Assembly (NCBI GenBank): GCA_964626685.1 | Contig: CAZVJY010000001.1 | Span: 7,683-71,682 of the forward strand | DNA from: an uncultured Flavobacteriaceae bacterium | GTDB lineage: Bacteria > Bacteroidota > Bacteroidia > NS11-12g > UBA955 | Direction of reading: 5' to 3' | DNA length: 64,000 bases | Shown here: piece after piece, positions 1 through 9,352 of the stretch | Numbering within the stretch: the stretch's first letter is position 1 | Layout: every line of letters starts with the position of its first letter | Notes under the pieces: model-generated | Database searches by the model: none | Told to the model about the DNA's origin: nothing | The model's input: only the letters and a program-made list of their open reading frames with translations | Translations under genes and position numbers: made by a program

Positions 1-907
1 CTTCCCGGCTTAGTTTGGCCGCCGCCGTTTTGGCTGCGGTTAAATCCACAATATCCATACCCGGAAGGGCACGTTTTACCACGCCAAATTCCACCAGATC
101 CTTCACAATTTTCTTTACAATATTCACAGGAATGGCAAATCCGTAGCCGGCATAACTGCCAGTATTGCTCTGAATGGCGGTATTAATACCCACCAGCTGC
201 CCGCTGGTATTCACCAGAGCTCCTCCTGAGTTCCCGGGATTGATGGCTGCATCGGTTTGAATAAAGCTCTCAATCGGAAACTGATTCTGCACAATGTTGA
301 TATTACGCCCCTTGGCACTGACAATACCTGCAGTAACCGTGCTTGTGAGGTTAAAAGGATTTCCCACTGCCAGTACCCAGTCGCCCACCTGCACATCATC
401 GCTGTTGGCCATCACGATAGCCGGCAGATTATCGGCTTCTATTTTAAGCAATGCCAGATCGGCTCCGGGTTCTGTACCCACCACCTTGGCGGTAAACTCC
501 TGTTTTTGTTTATTCAGCACCACCGTAATCTTATTGGCGTTGGCTATTACGTGTTGGTTGGTGACAATGTATCCGTCTTTGCTCACAATTACACCGCTGC
601 CGGTAGAGGTAGCCTCTCCACGGCTGCCAAACGGATCAAAATCCCAAAACCATCCAAACGGACTTTGCATCTGAACGGTACTTTGGGTTTTAATGAACAC
701 CACAGAAGGCGTGCTGATAGCAGAAGCTTTTACAAAGCCATTGGGCAATTCTGACAGGTTAACATTGCGGTAGGCACCGGAAGTTGCCGTATTGGCATAC
801 ATTTCAGCCTTCGCTGACCTGCTCACAAAAATCCAGGCGCCGCCAAAACCGCATGCAATGGGCAGCAGCACTGAAAAAACCAGTATGTTGGAAAATCTTT
901 TTCTCAT
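1..907 (-). CDS. htrA: Trypsin-like serine protease of the DegP/HtrA family. The N-terminal ~302 aa are present; the C-terminus runs off the window start.
   Basis: Reverse-strand translation from the ATG at 907 gives MRKRFSNILVFSVLLP... (signal peptide). Catalytic triad contexts are present: TNQHVI, GADLALLK and GNSGGALVNTSGQLVGINTAI. The + strand ORFs at 257-754 and 294-674 are antisense artefacts. Confidence 0.85.
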   Translation of the reverse strand, partial: MRKRFSNILVFSVLLPIACGFGGAWIFVSRSAKAEMYANTATSGAYRNVNLSELPNGFVKASAISTPSVVFIKTQSTVQMQSPFGWFWDFDPFGSRGEATSTGSGVIVSKDGYIVTNQHVIANANKITVVLNKQKQEFTAKVVGTEPGADLALLKIEADNLPAIVMANSDDVQVGDWVLAVGNPFNLTSTVTAGIVSAKGRNINIVQNQFPIESFIQTDAAINPGNSGGALVNTSGQLVGINTAIQSNTGSYAGYGFAIPVNIVKKIVKDLVEFGVVKRALPGMDIVDLTAAKTAAAKLSRE

Positions 908-977
908 GGTTTACACGATTGGGTGATTTATATATGATCAACAAAAAATGTGCCTGATGGATTTAGGTTGATTACAT

Positions 978-1451
978 TTGCATTCAATGCGAAGTTTACC
1001 TGTCTTCATTTTTTCGGCTGTTTTGCTTTTTATGGCTGGCTGTAACCGTGAGTGCCGCAACCTGGATAACACCGAATCCGGTGGCATTGTGAAGGCCTAT
1101 AATTTTGGCGATTGCTTTCTTTATACCGCACTGGACAGCCAAAATGTCATAGACGATGCCGTAAAATGGACGGAGTTCAAACAGAAAAACCTCAAGTTTT
1201 GCGACACCCAAAAACTGGAAAACATTGATTTTTCGCAACACATGCTGGTGGGATATAAACTAAAAGTATATGCGTGCAATGTTGCCTTTCACAGAAAACT
1301 GATTATTGACGACAACGCCAAAACCTACACCTACAACATAGAAATGGAATTGTGCAGGGGCTGTAATTCAGAACTGAGCAGTCCTAACTGGGTTATCATG
1401 CCTAAACTGCCGGCGGGATATACGATGGTGTTTAGGAATAAGGTGAGGTAG
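978..1451 (+). CDS. Hypothetical lipoprotein (signal peptide plus lipobox LFMAGC)
   Basis: 157-aa ORF. The N-terminus MHSMRSLPVFIFSAVLLFMAGCNRE has a lipobox cysteine. No recognisable catalytic motif. Confidence 0.45.
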   Translation: MHSMRSLPVFIFSAVLLFMAGCNRECRNLDNTESGGIVKAYNFGDCFLYTALDSQNVIDDAVKWTEFKQKNLKFCDTQKLENIDFSQHMLVGYKLKVYACNVAFHRKLIIDDNAKTYTYNIEMELCRGCNSELSSPNWVIMPKLPAGYTMVFRNKVR

Positions 1452-1703
1452 GTAGTGGTTTTTTAGGTTCCGTAAGATTGGTCTTTGCCAGGCGAGACCA
1501 AATACGATTCGGCATAACAACGAACCCCTAAACACAAAAGGCATCAGCTTTTGTGTTCAGGCCAAACACGTATATCAAATGATGGTTGATCAACAAAAAG
1601 TTCCAATTATGTAAACCATATGTAAACCGGTCAATACATTCATTGTTATTCAGGCATGAATAAACTGCTGACGCTGCACTTCTAATTTTTAACTCAAGCT
1701 GAG

Positions 1704-1763
1704 GGTTACTCGCTCGTCGCCCTCGCTCGTGAACTTTAGAGGGTGGCCTCAACCACAAAAGCC
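1704..1763 (+). repeat. Copy 1 of a ~60-bp intergenic direct repeat (ggttactcgctcgtcgccctcgctcgtgaactttagagggtggcctcaaccacaaaagcc), followed by a hairpin (aaaagcc...ggctttt)
   Basis: Near-identical to 1849-1908, with about 5 mismatches. Each copy ends in the motif caaccacaaaagcc, which forms the 5' arm of a stem-loop followed by a T-run. Confidence 0.8.
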
Positions 1764-1848
1764 AAAAGCCGCTGCACGTCTCCAGGCTTTTACACGCACT
1801 GCCTACGCTTACTCCATGCTTTGCCAGGGCAGACTGGGCCATGCGATT

Positions 1849-1908
1849 GGTTACTCGCTCGTTGCTCTCGCTCGTGAACTTTAGGGGATGGCCTCAACCA
1901 CAAAAGCC
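1849..1908 (+). repeat. Copy 2 of the ~60-bp direct repeat, followed by the hairpin aaaagcccgggc-tatc-gccccggctttt and then tatttttcc
   Basis: Direct sequence comparison with 1704-1763. The hairpin plus a downstream T-tract at 1903-1940 resembles an intrinsic terminator. Confidence 0.8.
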
Positions 1909-1976
1909 CGGGCTATCGCCCCGGCTTTTATTTTTCCGCCCTTCACCTTCAAGCAAGCTTGGGATCGGGCGGAAAA

Positions 1977-2008
1977 ACAAAAGCCCACACTGTCGTGTGG
2001 GCTTTTGT
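1977..2008. terminator. Bidirectional intrinsic-terminator-like hairpin (caaaagcccacac-tgtcg-tgtgggcttttg), immediately 3' of tRNA-Pro
   Basis: Perfect 13-bp stem with a 5-nt loop, flanked by an A-run on the 5' side and a T-run on the 3' side. It abuts the 3' end of the minus-strand tRNA at 2012. Confidence 0.6.
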
Positions 2009-2011
2009 GGT

Positions 2012-2088
2012 TGGTCGGGATGACAAGATTCGAACTTGCGACCCCTTGCACCCCATGCAAGTGCGCTACCGGGCTGCGCTACATCCCG
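2012..2088 (-). tRNA. tRNA-Pro (anticodon GGG)
   Basis: The reverse complement folds as a cloverleaf: acceptor CGGGATG/CATCCCG, D-arm GCGC-AGCCCGGTA-GCGC, anticodon arm CTTGC-AUGGGGU-GCAAG (positions 34-36 = GGG), T-arm GCAAG-TTCGAAT-CTTGT, and an encoded 3' ACCA. Confidence 0.75.
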
Positions 2089-2244
2089 ATGTGTTTCTTT
2101 TTTCCGGTATCTGCGACACTTTCTGCCGCCGGCATGGGATCGGGTCTCCCGTTAAGGGGCTGCAAAATTAAGGTAAAGTTGCCAATTGCACAAAAGTTCA
2201 TTGCAGTTTCATTCGGTATACAACTGTTTTCCTATCTTTGAACT

Positions 2245-2868
2245 ATGTACACAGGATTCTTACACATGCACAAAACGGCCGTTATCCTCTTTCTGGCCCT
2301 GTATCTCTTTAAATGGATTGCCCTCACTTTCAATGTGGAAGGATTGAAAACATTCTTCGCCAAAAAAGGCCTGCGCATCTTTGAAATGGTCATCAGCACC
2401 CTGTTTCTGTTTACCGGCATCTACCTGATGGCAAACCTGGCTCCCGAAATACGATCAAACCTGCTGTGGATTAAAATTGCCCTGGTGCTTACCTCCATCC
2501 CCCTTGCCGTTGTTGGCTTCAAACGCAACAATAAAATTCTGGCTACCCTCAGCGTGCTGCTTATTGTATTTTCCTACGGCCTCGCCGAAATGCACAAAAA
2601 ACGCCCTGCCGGCAATAAAGAAGAAATCGCAGCGGCTACCACAGGTGAAGAAATCTACAAAGCCAATAACTGTGCGGTTTGCCACGGCGAAGACGGTAAA
2701 CTCATGCTGAATGGTGCTAAAGACCTTACCGCATCTACCCTCAGCCGTGACGAAACGAAACACCAGATTATGAACGGCAAAAACGCAATGCCCGCTTACA
2801 AAAATTCACTGTCATCCGAACAACTGGAAGCACTCACCGACTACGTGGAAACGCTCCGTAAAAAGTAA
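2245..2868 (+). CDS. Membrane-anchored c-type cytochrome: N-terminal transmembrane helices and a C-terminal class-I cytochrome c domain
   Basis: CAVCHGEDG is a CXXCH haem-binding motif, and a downstream Met (MNGKNAMPAY) is a candidate axial ligand. Three or four hydrophobic helices lie in the N-terminal half. The true start may be the internal MHKTAVILF. Confidence 0.6.
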   Translation: MYTGFLHMHKTAVILFLALYLFKWIALTFNVEGLKTFFAKKGLRIFEMVISTLFLFTGIYLMANLAPEIRSNLLWIKIALVLTSIPLAVVGFKRNNKILATLSVLLIVFSYGLAEMHKKRPAGNKEEIAAATTGEEIYKANNCAVCHGEDGKLMLNGAKDLTASTLSRDETKHQIMNGKNAMPAYKNSLSSEQLEALTDYVETLRKK

Positions 2869-2931
2869 ATCACATTAGGATAATACTAAATCGCAATATT
2901 GCGATTTAGCATACCCATAGGATTTTACAGC

Positions 2932-4167
2932 TTATACCAGATCGGTCAAACTCAATTCCAGGCCTTTGGCACTGATACCCGTTTGTTTGGGATTGAACTG
3001 GTGCAGACGCATCACCGATCCGTGAATAATTTTGCTCACATCCTTAAAGATAGCCACATCGGTTACTTCGGCATCTTTCTTCATGAGATAGGCAAATACA
3101 CGCGCCATACCACAGTTGGCGATAAAATCGGGAATAACCGCCATGCGGCTATCAGCAAGCCTGCTGATGGGACCCATAAATATTTCCTTATCGGCAAAAG
3201 GCACATTGGCACCACAGCTTACCACTTCCATGCCGGCTGCGGCCATGCGGTTTACCTGGTCTTCGGTAACCAGCCTGCTGGCAGCACCGGGGATGAAAAT
3301 CTCCGCGGGTAAGTCCCAAATTTTGGCATTCACTTCTTCATAACTCAGCATATTATCCGCCACCAGTTTGTTGCCATCACGGTTTAAAAACAACTGCCTT
3401 ACTTCTTCCTCACCCAGGCCGTTGGGAGCAATGATGCCACCCTCGCGGTCGATGATACCGGCCACACGCACACCATACTTGGTCAGGTAATAGGCAGCGG
3501 CGGCAGCCACATTGCCCCAGCCCTGAATGATGGCCAGCTTGCCGTTCATAAAGCCGCCGTATATTTCATAGTAATGGCGTACGGCTTCACATACGCCCCA
3601 TCCGGTAATCATATCGGCTACGGTGTAGCCACGGGCCACATCCGGACTAAGCCTTTCATCGGTTATGGGCAACACCACACCTTCCTGCAGGCGGGATATA
3701 GCACGCAGCCGCTCTTCGGCAGTATAATGCTTCAAATGCCCGTTTACCGTGCCTTCCTGGGGGTGCAGCAATCCGTTGGCTGCAGTGTAAGGAATAACTT
3801 CGTGAATTTCATCCACGTTCAGGTCGCCTCCTGTGCCATAGTAATGCTTCAGTAAGGGATGCACGGCCTTATACCAGCGTTCCAGCACGCCTTTTTTGCG
3901 TGGATCTGCGGGATCGAAATTGATGCCGCTTTTGGCACCACCAATGGGTGGACCGGCCACGGTAAATTTTACTTCCATGGTTTTGGCAAGACTCTCCACT
4001 TCCCTCTTGTCAAGCCCTTTGCGCATGCGGGTTCCGCCGCCTGCCGAGCCGTTTCGGAGCGAATTGATTACCACCCAGCCTTCGGCTTCGGTTTCGCTGT
4101 CTTTCCATTCAAATACAATTTCGGGGCGCTTGCCTTCGAATTTGGCTATCAGTTGATCTAATTTCAC
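2932..4167 (-). CDS. gdh: Glu/Leu/Phe/Val dehydrogenase family, probably NAD(P)-glutamate dehydrogenase
   Basis: 411 aa. Family motif GGGTRMRKG followed by KFTVAGPPIGGAKSGINFDP, and a Rossmann region GWGNVAAAAAYYL. Confidence 0.85.
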   Translation of the reverse strand: MKLDQLIAKFEGKRPEIVFEWKDSETEAEGWVVINSLRNGSAGGGTRMRKGLDKREVESLAKTMEVKFTVAGPPIGGAKSGINFDPADPRKKGVLERWYKAVHPLLKHYYGTGGDLNVDEIHEVIPYTAANGLLHPQEGTVNGHLKHYTAEERLRAISRLQEGVVLPITDERLSPDVARGYTVADMITGWGVCEAVRHYYEIYGGFMNGKLAIIQGWGNVAAAAAYYLTKYGVRVAGIIDREGGIIAPNGLGEEEVRQLFLNRDGNKLVADNMLSYEEVNAKIWDLPAEIFIPGAASRLVTEDQVNRMAAAGMEVVSCGANVPFADKEIFMGPISRLADSRMAVIPDFIANCGMARVFAYLMKKDAEVTDVAIFKDVSKIIHGSVMRLHQFNPKQTGISAKGLELSLTDLV

Positions 4168-4177
4168 GTTGTGTAGG

Positions 4178-5260
4178 TTAAAATAAGTTTGAGAAATCGC
4201 CGTCCAGCGAGCCGCTAACGCAGGCGCGCGAGGCTCCGGTGGCCGAATGGCGAATATTGGGCATGTTTTTCACACGCATGGCGCCCAGCAGGGCAAAAAT
4301 GAGGGCCTCTTTATAATCAACCAGGGATGCTTCGGGAACCACAATCTCCGCCTCGGTCTCAGCGCGCAGGTGATCTATGAGGGAGGTATTGTGCGCCCCG
4401 CCGCCTGTCACCAGCACCGCACGTCCGGCACCGTTATCGCCGTGCAGGGCATTGAGTGAAGCACCAATCTGACGGGCAATGTGCACCACCAGGGTTTTCA
4501 TGCGGTCTGCTGCGGGCTCTTCGTCAAAATCGCGCACAATATGCCAGAAACCTTTGTTGATCCACTCTCGGCCCAGGCTTTTAGGACCGCGCTGCCTGTA
4601 GTATTCAATATCATTAAGGCGGTTCAGCAAGGGAAATATAATTTGTCCGCTTTCCGCGATTTGTCCGTCTTCATCGTAGGATTGACCCAGTTCGCGTGCC
4701 ACACGGTTCAGCACAATATTGCAGGGCGCGATATCGTAGGCAACGCGGCGGCCATCCGCCTCGGCGCTGATGTTGCAGAAACCACCCAGGTTCAGGCAGC
4801 TATCGTATTCCGGGAATAACAGTTCATCGCCAATACCCACAAGCGGTGCACCCTGACCGCCCAACGCCACATCGGCACGGCGAAAATTGGAAACCACGGG
4901 AAGGCCACATATAGCACTGAGGGTGGCACCATCACCCACCTGTGCGGTTAGCCGGTGTTCGGGATTGTGAAAAATGGTGTGTCCGTGCGAAGCCACCATA
5001 TCGGGCTTTACACCGGTTTCCTTGCAGAATGTATTGACCAGTTCACCCAGGTAATGCCCGTAAAAGACGTCTGTTTTGGCATACAGTTCAGGATTCTGGT
5101 ATTTAAGCTGTGACAACCGAACCCGCCACTTTTCATTGTAGGGATAGGTTTTGGCGGTTTCAACCCGGGCAGTCCATTCACTGCCGTTGAATTGCACATC
5201 ACAAAGAGCCAGATCTGCACCATCCATGCTGGTCCCGCTCATTATTCCAATCACTTTCAT
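4178..5260 (-). CDS. anmK: Anhydro-N-acetylmuramic acid kinase
   Basis: The N-terminus MKVIGIMSGTSMDGADLAL is typical of AnmK. The start was chosen at the internal MKVIG rather than the upstream extension that overlaps the neighbouring gene. Length is about 360 aa. Confidence 0.8.
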   Translation of the reverse strand: MKVIGIMSGTSMDGADLALCDVQFNGSEWTARVETAKTYPYNEKWRVRLSQLKYQNPELYAKTDVFYGHYLGELVNTFCKETGVKPDMVASHGHTIFHNPEHRLTAQVGDGATLSAICGLPVVSNFRRADVALGGQGAPLVGIGDELLFPEYDSCLNLGGFCNISAEADGRRVAYDIAPCNIVLNRVARELGQSYDEDGQIAESGQIIFPLLNRLNDIEYYRQRGPKSLGREWINKGFWHIVRDFDEEPAADRMKTLVVHIARQIGASLNALHGDNGAGRAVLVTGGGAHNTSLIDHLRAETEAEIVVPEASLVDYKEALIFALLGAMRVKNMPNIRHSATGASRACVSGSLDGDFSNLF

Positions 5261-5356
5261 AGCCGCGAGGTTTGTGCCGCAAAAATAGGGGTTAAACTGC
5301 AAACCCGAACGACAGGGAAAGCCGGCAATTTTTGTATGTTTGTATTGATTACAGGC

Positions 5357-6625
5357 ATGAAACGAAAATCTTTCCTCACCGCAGCAGCACTTATGGCAGC
5401 TGCAGGCAGCAAGGCGGGCATCCGGGATGTATTTTCAGTGATACCCGCTGCCACCGACGACGAACAATACTGGTCGGCCCTACGGGCCTCGCTGTTTCCC
5501 ATTGAAAACGGCCGGATTTTTCTGAATAACGGCACCATGGGGATTACCCCATATCCTGTGCTTTCTGCCCTGCAAAACGGGTTTGAAAATGCCGCCACCA
5601 AAGGCGCCTACCCCGGGCATACAGACGATTTGCAAAAAGCCATTGCCGAACTAATTGGCTGTGATTTTGAAGAAATTGCCATTACCAAAAATGTGAGTGA
5701 AGGCATCAACCACGCTTGCTGGGGCATTCCCATGAGCAAAGGTGATGAAGTGCTGATGACAACCCACGAACATGCCGGTGGCTGCATCGCCTGGCTTCAC
5801 CGGGCTAATGTGGATGGCATTGTCATCAAAACCTTTCCGCTAGGCAAAACCGCCGATGAAACGCTGGCCAACCTGGAAAAAGCCATTACCAAGAAAACCC
5901 GGGTGATTGCCGTGCCTCATATTCCCTGCACCATAGGGCAAATTTTGCCGGTGAAGGAAATCTGTGCGCTGGCCAAAAGCCGCAATATTGTTACCGCCAT
6001 AGACGGGGCCCACCCGCTGGGTATGATCCGCTTCAATGTGCACGAAATAGACTGCGATTACTACAGCGGCTGCCTGCACAAATGGGCCCTGGGGCCATTG
6101 GGGATGGGCTTTTTCTATGTGCGAAAGGATATGCTCGCAAAAACCCGCTGCACCCATGTGGCGGCCTATTCCAGCAACGAATTCAATATGGCTGCCAATC
6201 CCCCTACGGGCGGCAAACTGGTGGACACAGCCCACCGTTTTTACTACGGCACCTTCTGCGGGCCCATGTATGAGGCCGGTTTGGAGGCGTTGAAGCTCTA
6301 CAAAAAAATCGGGCCGGAACGCATAGAAAACCGGGTGCGTAGCCTGGCTAACTATCTGCAGGAATCGCTGATGGCACTGGGCGATAAAATCACCATGCTC
6401 ACCCCCACGGAAGCCAAAAGCCGCGGTGCACAGGTGGCATTTCGCATCAACAATGGCAACCCCAAGGCGAGTTCGGAGTTCGTGACTGGACTGTACAGCA
6501 AAAAAATCACGCTGCGCTATGTTGGAGAAAACAACGTGGACTGCGTTCGTGTGAGCACCCACTACTACAACAGCCGCGAGGAGATTGACACGCTGGTTTC
6601 CGAAGTTAAAAAAGCATTGGGATAA
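5357..6625 (+). CDS. PLP-dependent aminotransferase class V (cysteine desulfurase / isopenicillin-N-epimerase-like) with a Tat/Sec-like N-terminus
   Basis: Class-V fold motifs are present (ITKNVSEGIN, HKWALGPLGMGF). The start was set at MKRKSFLTAAALMAAAGS (KRKSFL resembles a Tat motif) rather than the upstream ATG that overlaps anmK. Confidence 0.7.
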   Translation: MKRKSFLTAAALMAAAGSKAGIRDVFSVIPAATDDEQYWSALRASLFPIENGRIFLNNGTMGITPYPVLSALQNGFENAATKGAYPGHTDDLQKAIAELIGCDFEEIAITKNVSEGINHACWGIPMSKGDEVLMTTHEHAGGCIAWLHRANVDGIVIKTFPLGKTADETLANLEKAITKKTRVIAVPHIPCTIGQILPVKEICALAKSRNIVTAIDGAHPLGMIRFNVHEIDCDYYSGCLHKWALGPLGMGFFYVRKDMLAKTRCTHVAAYSSNEFNMAANPPTGGKLVDTAHRFYYGTFCGPMYEAGLEALKLYKKIGPERIENRVRSLANYLQESLMALGDKITMLTPTEAKSRGAQVAFRINNGNPKASSEFVTGLYSKKITLRYVGENNVDCVRVSTHYYNSREEIDTLVSEVKKALG

Positions 6626-7597
6626 GTGCTTACACAGGAAGCTGAAAACATCATCCGGCAGTGGCGTTCAGGGCAAACTGAATTCCCTGTGAGCAGCAGC
6701 GGAACCACCGGCGAACCGGGCTTGTTTCTGCTGAAACGCAACCTCATTGAACTGAGCTGCAGCATCACTGGCGATGCACTGTCCGTGAACGCTGAAGACC
6801 GCATCCATTGCTGTTTGCCCTTAACCAAAGTAGGCGGACTGATGCAGCTGTTTCGTTCTGAAGTCTGGGGCGTGCCAACAGACGTTGCAGAACCTGCAGC
6901 AAATCCATTGCTGAATTACGAAGGGACCGCCACTATCATATCCCTAACACCCATGCAGCTTTCGCATATCTGGGCCCATGAAAGCAGCCGCAATGCTTTA
7001 TTGAAATTCAGGATTGTGCTGCTGGGCGGGGCAGGTATAGCTGCAGCACTGGAAAAAGAAATTTCGGCACTCAAAAAACCCCTGTTTTTGCATACCTATG
7101 GCATGACCGAAACATACAGCCACGTAGCCTTGCGCAGTATAGACGAACCGGGTTTCCGGTTTTTGCTTCCGACCACAGCAACCCTCAGCGAAAATGGCTG
7201 TCTGCAGTTCAGCAATGCGATTACGGAAAATCGTGTATTAAAAACGAACGATGTTGTGGTTTTTGCAAAAGACGGTTCGTTTTCCATAACCGGACGTGCC
7301 GACAACATCATCAATTCCGGAGGCGTAAAAATCGCGGCAGAAGTAGTGGAAGCCCTTATACAAAAGCATTCCGGATTGACAGAAGGTACTTTTTTCTGTG
7401 CGGGTGTAGCCGATGAAATACTGGGAGAAAAGCTTGTTTTGGTCATACAAAAGGGCATTTCACCCCCCGATTTGCAAAAAATACCATTTGAACCCTCCTA
7501 CCTGAGGCCGAAAGCCATTCTAACTGCAAAACAGTTTTTATTTACGGAAACGGATAAAATTAAGCGCAAAGAAACGCTGGCGCTTATTTATAAATAA
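6626..7597 (+). CDS. Short ANL-superfamily AMP-binding enzyme, possibly o-succinylbenzoate-CoA ligase-like
   Basis: Contains the SSGTTGEPG adenylation motif, TYGMTETYS, and a C-terminal SGGVKIAAEVVE segment. At only 323 aa it resembles the compact MenE-type ligases. Confidence 0.55.
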   Translation: MLTQEAENIIRQWRSGQTEFPVSSSGTTGEPGLFLLKRNLIELSCSITGDALSVNAEDRIHCCLPLTKVGGLMQLFRSEVWGVPTDVAEPAANPLLNYEGTATIISLTPMQLSHIWAHESSRNALLKFRIVLLGGAGIAAALEKEISALKKPLFLHTYGMTETYSHVALRSIDEPGFRFLLPTTATLSENGCLQFSNAITENRVLKTNDVVVFAKDGSFSITGRADNIINSGGVKIAAEVVEALIQKHSGLTEGTFFCAGVADEILGEKLVLVIQKGISPPDLQKIPFEPSYLRPKAILTAKQFLFTETDKIKRKETLALIYK

Positions 7598-8489
7598 CGG
7601 GTGAGACCCGGTAACCGAGGCGCCTGAAGCTCGCTACCAGTCCATCCTCCCGCATGAGGTGTGCGGCACCAACGGCCACAAAACAGCGTTCTTTTTCAAG
7701 CAATGTCTCCAGCTTTTTAACCCACATACTGTTTCTCTCTTCCAGCAACTGCCTGTTCCAGGCCAGCTCTTCCGCATCGCCGGTAACGGCTAAATCCACA
7801 ATTTTGGAAATGCTGTCTGTAGCCTGCTTTTCATAGTATTCGGGCAACTTTAAACTGCGGCTTACATACACCTGCATGGCGCTGTCTTCCTCGCCATTCA
7901 GCAGGCGCCGCAAAGATCGAAACTGCAGGGAAAGCGAGGGCTTTACAAACATCAATTCGAACTGGCTTTCGGCAGTCTCCAAATAATCGCGGGCAAACCC
8001 GTTTTTGAAGGCATAATCGTCAATTCCCTGATCCATGGGAAGGGTATTGTCCTGCCCAAATTCTTTATATACATCGCCATACAACTTTATCACCGCCACA
8101 GACTCTGCCAGGGCTGGCTTAAAATTTTCATACACAGAAGCGCTCACGGGTGGATCTCCCTTTTGCAGGAGGCTGTCCAATCTGCGCCACTGTCTACGGG
8201 TTAAACTGTCGGAAAGCTTTATCCCTTCGGGCATGGCGGCATAGCGAAACATGGTAAACATGGCTCCGCGATCACTCATCTCGGCCTCTGTGATAACCCG
8301 GGCGCATTTCTTCAGGCTGTCCAGCGGAGCCGGATGCTTTTCAAAATAACTGAAACCTGCCAGGTGCATGGTTCCGAAGAGAAAAGACGATTTCTGCGTA
8401 ACCGGATGGGTTACGCGCCAAAGCAGCTGCGCGTTGACAGTATCGGCAAACCAGGCAATACAGAACAAGGCGGCCAGTACCTTCTTCAT
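7584..8489 (-). CDS. TraB/GumN family protein with a signal peptide
   Basis: MKKVLAALFCIAWFADTVNAQLLWRVTHPVTQKSSFLFGTMHLA matches the N-terminal signature of GumN/TraB family proteins. Confidence 0.65.
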   Translation of the reverse strand: MKKVLAALFCIAWFADTVNAQLLWRVTHPVTQKSSFLFGTMHLAGFSYFEKHPAPLDSLKKCARVITEAEMSDRGAMFTMFRYAAMPEGIKLSDSLTRRQWRRLDSLLQKGDPPVSASVYENFKPALAESVAVIKLYGDVYKEFGQDNTLPMDQGIDDYAFKNGFARDYLETAESQFELMFVKPSLSLQFRSLRRLLNGEEDSAMQVYVSRSLKLPEYYEKQATDSISKIVDLAVTGDAEELAWNRQLLEERNSMWVKKLETLLEKERCFVAVGAAHLMREDGLVASFRRLGYRVSPVIYK

Positions 8490-8887
8490 CGCGAGGCAGT
8501 AGGGTTGTACTTATACATTTCGCCCAGCAGAAAGTTACAAAATACATCAGCCTTCTCTGAGCACTGTTTGGAGTAAATCCAGGTAAAGGTCTTCTCCAAA
8601 CCCTTGTTGCACCATACAATGGATTTAAAGAGATTATACGGCAGATCTCTGAAATAGCCACAGGCAATGCGACCCGGCATGGGGTTTAGGTGAATATATA
8701 TTGAATCAAACTGTTCTCGACGGTAAATTTCACCATTCGGAAGCATGTAAAAATGGGTATATGCGCCCGTAATACCGCCACCTTCGCCTATCATCAGCCA
8801 CTTCTTGATTTTGGCAGTATTGGTAATGGAGCAGGATGCCAATAGAGACATACAGATAATTCCGGAGATAATAATGCAGTACATCAC
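8486..8887 (-). CDS. Hypothetical lipoprotein
   Basis: N-terminus MMYCIIISGIICMSLLASCS (lipobox). Overlaps the upstream gene by 4 bp in an operon-like arrangement. Confidence 0.4.
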   Translation of the reverse strand: MMYCIIISGIICMSLLASCSITNTAKIKKWLMIGEGGGITGAYTHFYMLPNGEIYRREQFDSIYIHLNPMPGRIACGYFRDLPYNLFKSIVWCNKGLEKTFTWIYSKQCSEKADVFCNFLLGEMYKYNPTASR

Positions 8888-9303
8888 AGCGGAAATTGAC
8901 GGGTTTGAATCAGGTAAATAAATCCGGCCGCCACCAGGATTATGGCCACTATTTTTATTACGGAGGATGCAATAAACTTTTTTATAAAAAAATCGGGCAT
9001 ACCGGCCGCTTTCAGCTTGCGTAAAACCATGGCAACAATAACCCCGTTATTGAAAAACAGCAAAGCACCGATATAAGATCCGAAAAGTAAAGCGAAGGAA
9101 AGATTACCGGCACGTGAAGCAAACAAGAACAATGCGATGATACCGATTAAAAAAATCAGAGACCATTTCCTAACGGATAGGCTAATTTCAAGAAAACGGC
9201 CTTTATCCTCCGCACTCAGGCTATCAAGCCCTTTATTGAGGACCGTTCTGGCATATATGAGCGCGGCGAGGTAGAGCCCAAGACATATGATTAACCCTGT
9301 CAT
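8884..9303 (-). CDS. Hypothetical integral membrane protein with about four TM helices
   Basis: 139 aa with four hydrophobic segments. Shares a 4-bp start/stop overlap with the downstream ORF. Confidence 0.4.
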   Translation of the reverse strand: MTGLIICLGLYLAALIYARTVLNKGLDSLSAEDKGRFLEISLSVRKWSLIFLIGIIALFLFASRAGNLSFALLFGSYIGALLFFNNGVIVAMVLRKLKAAGMPDFFIKKFIASSVIKIVAIILVAAGFIYLIQTRQFPL

Positions 9304-9352
9304 CTACTGCAAATTTGCACGTAATTGAACGGAATACCAAACTGGGAGGGAG

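Noticed and set aside
211-754. ORFs of 62, 165 and 126 aa on both strands at the left edge
   Set aside because: They lie inside, and antisense or out of frame to, a clearly recognisable HtrA/DegP serine-protease gene (1-907, minus strand) that has intact catalytic motifs. They are shadow ORFs.
1704-1908. Possible CRISPR array, given the direct repeats with hairpin potential
   Set aside because: There are only two repeat copies. They are 60 bp long with ~85 bp between them and are imperfect (~92% identity). Each is followed by a terminator-like hairpin, and no cas genes are in the window. This is inconsistent with a CRISPR array.
1528-2241. ORFs 1528-1842 (-), 1841-2023 (+), 1888-2241 (+) and 1959-2171 (+)
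   Set aside because: They span the tandem repeats, the terminator hairpins and the tRNA-Pro gene. Their translations are low-complexity (Pro/Arg/Ser-rich) with no coding signature.
3116-4161. Several + strand ORFs of 75-100 aa
   Set aside because: They are antisense to the well-supported glutamate dehydrogenase gene (2932-4167).
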